This document shows, piece after piece, positions 53,901-61,302 of a stretch of DNA of 64,000 bases; within the stretch, counting starts at the first letter, position 1, and every line of letters begins with the position of its first letter. The position numbers and the translations under genes were made by a program. The notes under the pieces are model-generated. The model did not search any database and had not been told where the DNA came from. It was given only the letters and a program-made list of their open reading frames with translations. The DNA comes from a virus: positions 10,546 through 74,545 of the IMG/VR virus record IMGVR_UViG_3300009184_000038, one strand, 5' to 3'.

Positions 53901-55966
53901 AGATTGTCGAAACCACCGCGTCCAACGTCGCCGGCACGTTGCATATCGCGACGGATGCGGTTGACGCTGCCGCCACCGGCTTGAGACGTTGCGTTAACAG
54001 CGGCGGCACGCAATCGATCAATTCGCTGTCTTGTCGCTGGCTCATCTCGAGTTCCTGCTGCCATCGCCTCTGCGATTGCGTTTCGCAGCGCATTAAACGC
54101 AGCCACTGCGGGGCCGCGCGCCTCCGCTTGCGTCCTACCGAGAGCACCCTGCAATGCCGTTAACGCCGCAACTTCTCCTTGAAGGGCACGCTGATCAAGG
54201 CCCAGCCTAATCCCAGTGACTCCTTCGCCGCCGAACGACTGCGCGAAGTTCATCGCCGCCGACGCCCGCGAGGCATCTTGCGTCAGGCGAACGAGACGCT
54301 GTCGCGCTGCTTCGATTTCGCCGGCAATGGGAACCGCAGCCGAATTCAGACGCATGAACTCCGCCTCGGCCTCGCGAATGGCCGGGACGAACCTAACCCG
54401 AAGCGGCTCGGGGAGCGTGTCGATGACGCTCTTGAGCGACGTGATGCTGTTCTGAAGCACGCCAAGCTGTCGAGCAGGAGCCTCGATGTCCATGCCCAGC
54501 GTAAGGCCCGTCGTTCCGCCAAGCTCGGCGGCCTTTTCTGCCTGTGCCCTTCGTATAAGAGTGGCGATCTCGCCGTCGGCCACCCTCTCGGCCAGGGCCA
54601 GACGCTCCTGCTCTGCCGCCTTTGCAGCTTGATTGACCCTGATTAGGTTCGCGATCTCGCCGTCAGCGGCCTTTTGCGACTGAGCAAGACGCTCCTGTTC
54701 GGCAGCCTTTGCTGCCTGCTCTCTCCTGATGAGCGTGGCGATCTCGCCGTCTGCGACATTCTGCGACTGCGCAAGTCTCGCCTGCTCCGCGGCCTTTGCC
54801 GCCTGTTCTCTCCTGATGAGAGTAGCGATCTCACCGTCGGCGACACTCTGTGCCTGGGCGATTCTTGCCTGCTCCGCTGCCTTTGCTGCCTGCTCTCTCC
54901 TGATGAGCGTGGCGATCTCGCCGTCGGCCACTCTCTGCGCCAGAGCCAGCCTTTCCTGCTCCGCTGCCTTGGCTGCCTGATTGACTCTGATAAGAGTGGC
55001 GATCTCACCGTCGGCGACACTCTGTGCCTGGGCGAGTCTTGCCTGCTCTGCCGCCTTCGCGGCCTGCTCCCGCCTGATGAGGGTGGCGATCTCGGCGTCA
55101 GCCGCGGCGGCTGCTCTCCTGCTCGCGTCAGCTTCCGTTTGGATTCGGCGTTCTATCTCGTCATTCAACTGCCTCTGCGCAGCGATCTGAGCTTTGTACG
55201 CGGCAGTCGCCGCCGCCACATCGCCGTTTCGCGACAGCTTTGCCTTCTCAAGAGCAGAAGCAAGCCGCTCGGTCTCGACCGCAGCCGCGCGTTGCTGCGA
55301 GACAAGCTCTGCATAGCCTCTAATTGACTCGGGCGGCAGCTTGCCGATGTCAGACTGAATCGATGCCGATCGCCTCGTTTCGGCGACCATTTCTGGCCGC
55401 TGAAAAGCCAGCTCTCTGCCTGTCGAAAGCCCCGCAACGAGCGAAGACGCCTCCTTGAGCCTAGACATCGCCGCGGTCGTGCGGTCGATCTTCGCGGCAA
55501 CAGCGTCAAATCGCTGCTCGCTGACTTTCCCGGTTCGATTGATCTCGTCTGCGAGCGACTCGGCGGCCTTCTGCGACGATATCAACGCTGGCAGGAAAGC
55601 CCCTTGAATCTCCGCTGGGAGTTTTCCGAAGGCTTTCGCGGCAGCCGCGAGTGGCTTGTTTATCTGCTCCGTCGCGGAATACAGAGCCTGCATCCGCCCC
55701 ACGGCGGTATTGATGTCTTTGTCGGCAAACCCGCGAAACGACAGCTTCCTCGTCGAGATCGCCGTCAGCGCCCGCTCGAGCTTCTGCGCATCGGTGTATA
55801 TGCCACGAAGCGCAGACGATGAGCCCGCTTGGGCGCTGGTCAGCGATCCCTGCATACTGCTCGCGAACTTCTGGACATCTTTCGCGGCAGCGTTGAGCTT
55901 GCTCTGAAAGTCAGCCGTGTTCGCTGAGACGACAGCGCTGATTTTGCCGAGGTAGCCGCTTGCCAT
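50942..55966 (-). CDS. Tape measure protein
   Basis: 1674 aa, Ala/Arg/Glu/Gln helical, central hydrophobic segment, follows the G/GT chaperones. Confidence 0.93.
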   Translation of the reverse strand: MASGYLGKISAVVSANTADFQSKLNAAAKDVQKFASSMQGSLTSAQAGSSSALRGIYTDAQKLERALTAISTRKLSFRGFADKDINTAVGRMQALYSATEQINKPLAAAAKAFGKLPAEIQGAFLPALISSQKAAESLADEINRTGKVSEQRFDAVAAKIDRTTAAMSRLKEASSLVAGLSTGRELAFQRPEMVAETRRSASIQSDIGKLPPESIRGYAELVSQQRAAAVETERLASALEKAKLSRNGDVAAATAAYKAQIAAQRQLNDEIERRIQTEADASRRAAAAADAEIATLIRREQAAKAAEQARLAQAQSVADGEIATLIRVNQAAKAAEQERLALAQRVADGEIATLIRREQAAKAAEQARIAQAQSVADGEIATLIRREQAAKAAEQARLAQSQNVADGEIATLIRREQAAKAAEQERLAQSQKAADGEIANLIRVNQAAKAAEQERLALAERVADGEIATLIRRAQAEKAAELGGTTGLTLGMDIEAPARQLGVLQNSITSLKSVIDTLPEPLRVRFVPAIREAEAEFMRLNSAAVPIAGEIEAARQRLVRLTQDASRASAAMNFAQSFGGEGVTGIRLGLDQRALQGEVAALTALQGALGRTQAEARGPAVAAFNALRNAIAEAMAAGTRDEPATRQRIDRLRAAAVNATSQAGGGSVNRIRRDMQRAGDVGRGGFDNLSLAANQAAFAIDDFMSSTGGIDQKLRAVSNNVTQLAFVLGGTTGLFVGLGAVLAGQVAVGLVRFANNGRSAEDQTKALNDSLARQKSLVEELAQAFRSLGDAVSRSTLSAGGDSGRQFGQGVSDIRRKQRELREGRVAATDVGFQTNAANISRDRKQLETETDQGVRIGLSRRIQQAEAINRDLPRVLANRPPQLPAAPNIGVRSGTGEINGAGQLREVLFQEVLRNIPQTRRTTTGREAVPQEERERRAREMTAGVDDSYSSQRDVIEKLIGQLQPQADRGEYGFGETVRRLQSLLDQLESPFQKAIDDMALKVASASEEAARFIRESQEDVADAISRGVPGAARFQQELDSLASDLTEANAKLARSVEMAAETSDPAQREALAKDAEKQVAAVRIKQAETESRAREVRLGRSMGGERLTQATASLEGNERFRNERAGLIARGRAAADAELVARRNVERSAASVGDRQQQLRDARAELQKVMDAGGDTAAADAAVEKAEADLRAAEAASSAAGASLELSQKASEAAAALAEAAAGIEAALTRIRKIGDSALQRSEQGADAAQRAFEENPLRAGGREARDAAEERLINDRAAVGIAQADVDNRRRAIRQSPFMRPVNRELEEINQRRQELEAKDRIGGGLNQAESAELDAATKREIELIRQREMITTRLTEAERKQLDAINNGILAREKELEKGRQRAAEDPTFKRRMDATNQIIADSERQAAEAEQRYINNPNEKNRRERDEADARLRSDRQRAQELQDNLDNRRKEIDKDPAVAANNRSIAANDRRLADLAEKEAKGGLTGLEIAERDRIQEENRRMRGENEGAIDAGTRDERKAIDDERIAQNQRDRALRGRDLGLTDRERFRKEYTEGAGADINERAAQMRAAGEDPNKFLRQAFRNQMESVAPMLKGFQDERQTAMLQGPSRAALNVSDVSTSQGASELTRLIRGDDSAKDVNLAELKKQSGYLEDIRNDLKANNPGVLL
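54524..55102 (-). repeat. 87-bp (29-aa) tandem repeat, 6 full copies plus a partial
   Basis: ADGEIATLIRREQAAKAAEQARLAQAQSV units. Confidence 0.92.
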
Positions 55967-55970
55967 CGAT

Positions 55971-56294
55971 TCATCCCTGGATTGGCGTGTTCAGTTTCAT
56001 CAGCTCGGCCATCAACTGCTGCTGCGATTGCTCTGGCTTGACGACAGTTGGGATGAACGCGGCCTCGTCTGGGATGTCGTGCTTCTTGTAATTCCCAGAC
56101 GACGCCATGATCACCCGGCACAGTCGCGCCGTCTGGCCCCAAGGGTCAGGCAGCGGCCATCGCTGATCGAATGCGTACCACTCGGCGATCTCCTTGCTGT
56201 CAACCTCCTGCAACAGCTTTTTAACGCTCATCCCCAGAGTTGCGGCTAGGCGGAAGTAGAAACGTCGCTCGGGGCGGCGGGCGAATCTTCCCCC
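55971..56294 (-). CDS. Tail assembly chaperone GT extension (-1 frame)
   Basis: -1 frame open from the slippery site: GGRFARRPERRFYFRLAATLGMSVKKLL...EWYAF. Confidence 0.8.
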   Translation of the reverse strand, partial: GGRFARRPERRFYFRLAATLGMSVKKLLQEVDSKEIAEWYAFDQRWPLPDPWGQTARLCRVIMASSGNYKKHDIPDEAAFIPTVVKPEQSQQQLMAELMKLNTPIQG

Positions 56295-56617
56295 AGGCCA
56301 TCCACGGCCTCCTGCGTGAAGGCGTTCAGCTTCCAGCCGGCCTCGAACAGTCGATTGATCACGACCGACGACTTCTTCCCCAGAACGTCAGCCTCGTCGT
56401 CGCTGAAGAGCCGCTCGCCGTCCTCGTCGCACAAGGCGAGCAGGAGGAAACGAATGCGAAACGCCTTCATCTTCTGGTCAGCGTAGGACTCCTCGAAACG
56501 ATCGCGGTCGGTGCCGGTGAGAACACGAAGAAACACGTCACCTTTCCACTCGGGAACGGCGAACTTCTCCTTGCGAACGTCATCGACAGCCAGGATGCTT
56601 TTACGATCAAGTGCCAT
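56246..56617 (-). CDS. Tail assembly chaperone G
   Basis: VPEW.G.V..R.L.G..RD.FE...LCDEDG.RLF; position before the TMP. Confidence 0.85.
   Translation of the reverse strand: MALDRKSILAVDDVRKEKFAVPEWKGDVFLRVLTGTDRDRFEESYADQKMKAFRIRFLLLALCDEDGERLFSDDEADVLGKKSSVVINRLFEAGWKLNAFTQEAVDGLGEDSPAAPSDVSTSA
56288..56294 (-). promoter_or_regulatory. Programmed -1 frameshift heptamer G GGG GAA
   Basis: In frame near the end of chaperone G; the same heptamer class is known in other siphoviruses. Confidence 0.8.
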
Positions 56618-56662
56618 TTCGATCTGCTCCAAAAAAGTGCGTGCGGTGCGGCATCCTGCCGA

Positions 56663-57028
56663 CTATGCGCCTGTGTAGTCAGTCATAAGAAACTTGAGAG
56701 AACCGCGAACCAACTCGCCAGACTGTGCAGACACAGTTGCTGATTCGCATATCACGCGGCGGCTGATGCTGTATCCCGGCGACGTGAACGTCAGGATGCC
56801 AGCCAGCTTCACAAACGCCCAGGGGTCGGCGTTGATGGTCAGGAAGTCCACAGTTATGGTGCCGCCGGATTGTTCTCCGGTCGGCACCATAACTGTGTAT
56901 CCGCGGCCAGCACCAACGCCGGTCATGTTCGTGACCTCGGCCGTGGGCATCTCCACGGAGATGCCGGTCAGCGTGCCGCTGAAGCCCAAGAAGGAGAACG
57001 TCGCGCCGTTTGCGGTGGCCCCGGCCAT
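56663..57028 (-). CDS. Tail tube-like protein 2
   Basis: Beta-rich 121 aa; GELVRGSLKF end resembles the neighbour. Confidence 0.6.
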   Translation of the reverse strand: MAGATANGATFSFLGFSGTLTGISVEMPTAEVTNMTGVGAGRGYTVMVPTGEQSGGTITVDFLTINADPWAFVKLAGILTFTSPGYSISRRVICESATVSAQSGELVRGSLKFLMTDYTGA

Positions 57029-57048
57029 GTCGGGTCACCTCCAGAGCG

Positions 57049-57378
57049 TTAGGCCACCCGCCAAGTCGCACTGCCCTTGATAAGGTCGCCGAGGGCTCCG
57101 CTGACAGTCGAAGACTGAAGCGTTGCGCCGCCCGTGAACGAGACAGGGCCGCTGATCGAGATCGATCCGGTCTGGGCCGAGACAACCGTCGCGCCGATGT
57201 AGTCGCAGGAGATTTCTCGCTGAACGAAAGTCGGGACGTACTCGCGGCGGCCGCCTGGAGCGATGCCGAGGTGCGAACCGTCAGCGTTGTCGATCGTGTC
57301 GTTGACATTGAAACTCGTGATCGTGAGCGTCGTGCCCGCGTAGGTCATCGACACGCCCATTGCAGCAGTACCGGCCAT
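57049..57378 (-). CDS. Tail tube-like protein 1
   Basis: Follows the terminator gene; AGGAGG RBS; GDLIKGSATW end. Confidence 0.65.
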   Translation of the reverse strand: MAGTAAMGVSMTYAGTTLTITSFNVNDTIDNADGSHLGIAPGGRREYVPTFVQREISCDYIGATVVSAQTGSISISGPVSFTGGATLQSSTVSGALGDLIKGSATWRVA

Positions 57379-57402
57379 AGTGCGCCTCCTTGCGCTAGAG
57401 TC

Positions 57403-57828
57403 TTATTCAGTGGCCTCTGACCACCGAATCTGAAATAGTTGTCGTACCTCGTATGCGGGAGGGAGCTGGGCTCCCACGGCTGCCGGGTCTAGATAGTCAT
57501 CCGTTTCCGAAACGAGCCGTATATCACTAATTGTACTGCCCGCGAGGGTGCCGGTGCGTCCATCCAAAGCAATTCTCACCTCGTCTGCAAGCTCGCGTGC
57601 CGCGTCGTAGTAGAGAGCCCAGGAGGCGATCTGAAGATGAACAACAGGCTGATAGAGAGGCCCGACAAGGCTGGAGTCTCTAGTAATGTTATTCCGCTTA
57701 TAGACGCAAAATGGCAGCACGGCGGTCTTTGGTACGGCAATCGGAAACACTTGAAAGCCCACAAGCCTCGCCACCGCGGGGGTGGTGACAAGCCTCTGAA
57801 AAACGTGCTTTTCGGGCGAGATGATCAT
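57403..57828 (-). CDS. Tail terminator/completion protein (DUF3168-like)
   Basis: LP..VY.R...QI.SWA..Y..A..LA..VR.ALDG. Confidence 0.8.
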   Translation of the reverse strand: MIISPEKHVFQRLVTTPAVARLVGFQVFPIAVPKTAVLPFCVYKRNNITRDSSLVGPLYQPVVHLQIASWALYYDAARELADEVRIALDGRTGTLAGSTISDIRLVSETDDYLDPAAVGAQLPPAYEVRQLFQIRWSEATE

Positions 57829-58562
57829 TGCGTGAGCCTCGCCAGCGTGTTTTCGATGGCGGCCTTCAGCGTGTTGAATACGGCCCCCTGCTGCTCGTCA
57901 ATGGTTTTTTGCATCGCGTGCTTCGCTGGCATCGCCGGGTAGGTATCGCCTGGGTGGAGCGTGATCGGGTGCATCTTCCCGTTGGTGTACCCGAAGTCGT
58001 GCGGGTATCCCTTGCCCATGCGGGCCTGCCGCGTTGCTTCTTTGATGCTGCCCATCAGAAAGTAGTAGCCTCTCGACATATTTGCGAACTGCTGATTGTT
58101 CGCCGACGAGTGCCGTCGCATCTTCCCGTTGATCAACTGATGGACGTTGAGGTACGTCCGACGCCCCTTCGTCCCAGGCTTACGGCGGTCGGTGCCCCAT
58201 TCGACGAGCCATGCGTGGTTGCCCGAACCGTCTTTTTCTGTAGCGCTTCCTGTGCCAGTCTGCCACGGGCCGACGATAGCGACCGCGGCGGCGTCGTAGG
58301 TTTTCGTCTTGATCCTGACCGACTTCTTGAGATTGCCTGTGGCGTTTCCAACCTTGGCTCGATACCCACGCCTAATATGCTCGGCGGCCTTTTTTACCGC
58401 ATCCTCAAGAGCTTTCGGCTCGCCCATCTTGGCGGCAATCGCCTGCAACTCCTCCGCCAGCTCGCGGATGCCAGCCGTCTTGACCGTGACGAAGCCTTCG
58501 GCGAGCGACTTGCCCGTCTGGCCGCCGAATGTTCTGGGCGATCCCTGTCCTTGCGTAATCAT
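57825..58562 (-). CDS. HK97 gp10-like neck protein
   Basis: G..EL...L, TGNLKKS, HAWLVEWGT, MPA.H. Confidence 0.85.
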   Translation of the reverse strand: MITQGQGSPRTFGGQTGKSLAEGFVTVKTAGIRELAEELQAIAAKMGEPKALEDAVKKAAEHIRRGYRAKVGNATGNLKKSVRIKTKTYDAAAVAIVGPWQTGTGSATEKDGSGNHAWLVEWGTDRRKPGTKGRRTYLNVHQLINGKMRRHSSANNQQFANMSRGYYFLMGSIKEATRQARMGKGYPHDFGYTNGKMHPITLHPGDTYPAMPAKHAMQKTIDEQQGAVFNTLKAAIENTLARLTQ

Positions 58563-58879
58563 GTCGCCTCCTCCCTCGCCAGTATCTCATGGATCGAGCG
58601 AGCCTCTCGCTCAAGCACGCTGGATATCTCCATCACGCGGCCGCGCCACATAAGGCGATGCTGGTGCGTGATGCCGGGGAAGAATCGGATGCGAATGCGG
58701 TGGGTGACCAATGCTCCGGCCTGCTGGGCTGCGAAGTAGTCGGCTGCCCTAACGCCCATGACGCTGGCGTAGACCGTGGCCTCGTCCTCCCAGGTCAGAG
58801 TCGTCTCGCCGAACGCGCTCTGCTGATCCACTGGCCTCTGGATCGTCACCCGCTCCCGCATGGTGCCTGAGTTGATCAT
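58559..58879 (-). CDS. Head closure (SPP1 gp16-like) protein
   Basis: G.MRERVTIQ...FG....W...THRIRIR. Confidence 0.9.
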   Translation of the reverse strand: MINSGTMRERVTIQRPVDQQSAFGETTLTWEDEATVYASVMGVRAADYFAAQQAGALVTHRIRIRFFPGITHQHRLMWRGRVMEISSVLEREARSIHEILAREEAT

Positions 58880-58882
58880 CGA

Positions 58883-59212
58883 TCACCCCATCCATAGTGC
58901 GGTGTAGGTGCCTGATCCAGAGGGGGCCGATACCGTGATCGTCGCCGTCACCGGCAGGACTGCCAGCCGGCCGGCGGAGACGTTGATGCTGCCGGCCAGC
59001 CGCAGGACGCCCGCGCCTGTGTTCTTCACGACCAGCGTCGAAAGGGGCGTGGCACCGACGATCTGCACCGCAGCCGTGCCGACGCTGCCATTGATCGTCT
59101 GCGCCGTCGTCAGGGCAGGGGAGAGATGCTCGGACAAGTTGCCGATAGTCAGCGTCGTTTCGTCGACATCGTGGTATACGGCGTCGATGTCGATGCGGGC
59201 GCGAACGGTCAT
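58883..59212 (-). CDS. Hypothetical virion protein
   Basis: Beta-rich; coupled within the neck operon. Confidence 0.65.
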   Translation of the reverse strand: MTVRARIDIDAVYHDVDETTLTIGNLSEHLSPALTTAQTINGSVGTAAVQIVGATPLSTLVVKNTGAGVLRLAGSINVSAGRLAVLPVTATITVSAPSGSGTYTALWMG

Positions 59213-59847
59213 CGGTAGACCCCCTGGCTGGCGGCGGCGAGTAGCGTCTCGAACGTCTGCGGCACCGACTGGGGTGCCCCGGTGACAGCGGGCTGCCGCG
59301 TGTCATAAAAATGGGCCGTCAAAAGAAGGATCAAGTGCTTGACCACGGGCGGCGCGGACTGCCCGTCGTCGCCGTAGCCCGCCGAATACCGCACCGTCAC
59401 CGAGTTCTCGTCGCCTCGAGTCGCCGGCCACGAGCGAGCCCACTGCGGGTAGATGCGGCCGGGGAGGACGCTAGCGTCGATCTGGAAGTCAGTGGCGCTC
59501 GAGAGCGTGCCGTAGGTGCCATCGCCAGTGCGGTAGGTCACAGTCACCGCACGATCCAGCATCGGCAGCCGGGGCAGGATGATCGCCCAGACCGGAAACA
59601 GATCGTACTTGACCTCCCAGACGGTCGTGCAGATCGTGATATCCAGAACGTCCTCTACATACTGCCTCGCGACCGCGATCAGCGACTGGATGTAGAGATC
59701 GTCGGCGTCCGTATCGACGCGGCAGTGCTGCTTGGCGACGGACAGACTGACCGGCTCCACGGCCGGCGACGTGATTCGCCGAAGACTGCGATACGGCGTG
59801 ATCGTCGGCGTCGGGTTCTGCGGCGTGCCGAAGATAATCGTGTCCAT
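59209..59847 (-). CDS. Head-tail connector (gp6-like)
   Basis: EPVSL..AK.HCRVD...DD.YI..LI..AR..VE; AGYG; AHFY..R. Confidence 0.9.
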   Translation of the reverse strand: MDTIIFGTPQNPTPTITPYRSLRRITSPAVEPVSLSVAKQHCRVDTDADDLYIQSLIAVARQYVEDVLDITICTTVWEVKYDLFPVWAIILPRLPMLDRAVTVTYRTGDGTYGTLSSATDFQIDASVLPGRIYPQWARSWPATRGDENSVTVRYSAGYGDDGQSAPPVVKHLILLLTAHFYDTRQPAVTGAPQSVPQTFETLLAAASQGVYR

Positions 59848-60038
59848 TATCGCCTCTTCTTCTGTACCGTCTTGGTTGTCATGTCAGCCCGCTCGACGGC
59901 CACCGGCGCGGCCTCGGCCGTCTCGACCTCCTGAATCAGCCCTCGCCGAATAAGGATGTCGCACATCCCAGGAGACCAGTCGTCGAAGACTTGCCCCTTC
60001 TCGTAGCAGTCGAAGCTCTGGAGGATGCGGATTCTCAA
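59847..60038 (-). CDS. Small head-region protein
   Basis: TTG start overlapping the GT stop; G.V......LIRRG motif. Confidence 0.6.
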   Translation of the reverse strand: MRIRILQSFDCYEKGQVFDDWSPGMCDILIRRGLIQEVETAEAAPVAVERADMTTKTVQKKRR

Positions 60039-60763
60039 TTGACTTGCCCCCAGGCGTCTTCTGGTGCCTTCTGGCCGCTGTTCCAATACTCCGTCGTGTG
60101 CTGCTGCACCTTGCCGCCCTCGGCCTTCCGCGAGGGCCATGTGACCATCAGCTCGGCGTGGCCGACGCTGACGTGCGTTGCCAGCCCCAGCTTGTTCCCG
60201 CACGCGGCCCAGCTTTTCCAGAAGCCGATATCCTCGTCGGTATGCCCGCCAGACCACTCGCCGTCGGCATTCGCCTTGGCAATGAACCAAGGCTTCTTCA
60301 TCTTCTTGAGAGCCGCTGTTCGCAGGAACGTCAGTCCGAAGTGGGCCGTCTCGACCGGCTGGACTACCTTCTGAAAGAAGTCGCCGTCCACGGTTGTCTT
60401 CGCATCCACGTCACTTCCCGCCAGGGCGAACATGACCGCATTGGCCTCCCGCTTGGTCTGGAGCGGCGCGATGGCGTCGTAGCCAGAGTGGAGCAGCAAC
60501 GCCAGCAACGCCTCGACCGTCTTCGAGCTGAAGACCGTGTCGTAATCGATGGTCAGGATGACATCGTTGTCGTCGATGACCTGTTCCATCGCCCGCTGAA
60601 GACACTGGCCCCAGTAAGCACCAGTCACCTTGATGGGGCTGATGCCGTGTGGGGCCAGGGCCGACGAGACACAGAAGAAATTGTCAGTGAACCCAAGTCG
60701 CGGGGTGCTCATCACCGCCGCGACTTTGATTTCCGCTTCGACGTTACCGACACGAATCAGCAT
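60035..60763 (-). CDS. GT-A fold glycosyltransferase within the head-neck operon
   Basis: ILTIDYD (DxD), HFGLT, EDIGF, VGH motifs. Confidence 0.8.
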   Translation of the reverse strand: MLIRVGNVEAEIKVAAVMSTPRLGFTDNFFCVSSALAPHGISPIKVTGAYWGQCLQRAMEQVIDDNDVILTIDYDTVFSSKTVEALLALLLHSGYDAIAPLQTKREANAVMFALAGSDVDAKTTVDGDFFQKVVQPVETAHFGLTFLRTAALKKMKKPWFIAKANADGEWSGGHTDEDIGFWKSWAACGNKLGLATHVSVGHAELMVTWPSRKAEGGKVQQHTTEYWNSGQKAPEDAWGQVN

Positions 60764-60839
60764 GGATCGCTCCTAATATGGAGCGGGCGCGCATCCATGC
60801 GCCTTTGTCGGCCGTCGTGGCCGTCCCGCAGTTCGGGAA

Positions 60840-61262
60840 TCAGCCTCGAATCCAACCGATGCAACCAGCCTCGGCAGCAGTCGTCGGGGCATCGCCACGG
60901 GACAGCCGAGCCGACACGACAGTGTTCACGCTGACCGCGGGGGTCGCCGTGACCTTGAGGTATCGCTTCCGAGCCTTCGTGTCGACATCGAGCTTCACGA
61001 TGGCGGCCGACGCGGTGTCGGTCACGGCCGGGATCGCGAAGTCGGTGCCACCGACGAAGCCGGTGACGTTCGCGTAGGACGAGTTGTCATCCGACTCTTC
61101 GATCTTCAGGACGCTGGCGAACGCCGTCGAGGCGTTGCTGGCACGCATGACAGACACGCTGGCGTAGTCGTAGCCGAGCGAGTCGATCGTCAGGGTCACG
61201 GCACTCGTGCCGACCGAAGCCGGGACGGAGGCCACAACCTTTACATTCTGGGCGTGGATCAT
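60840..61262 (-). CDS. Capsid decoration/cement-like protein
   Basis: ID..GY, IEESDD, KRYLKV; directly after the MCP. Confidence 0.7.
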   Translation of the reverse strand: MIHAQNVKVVASVPASVGTSAVTLTIDSLGYDYASVSVMRASNASTAFASVLKIEESDDNSSYANVTGFVGGTDFAIPAVTDTASAAIVKLDVDTKARKRYLKVTATPAVSVNTVVSARLSRGDAPTTAAEAGCIGWIRG

Positions 61263-61302
61263 GGTCTAGGGGTTCCTTTCCTTGAGGTTTTGGTTGTTAG
61301 GC

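Noticed and set aside
49084-55102. Tandem DNA repeats as a possible CRISPR or mini-array
   Set aside because: Units are multiples of 3, in frame within long ORFs, and have no unique spacers; no cas genes seen
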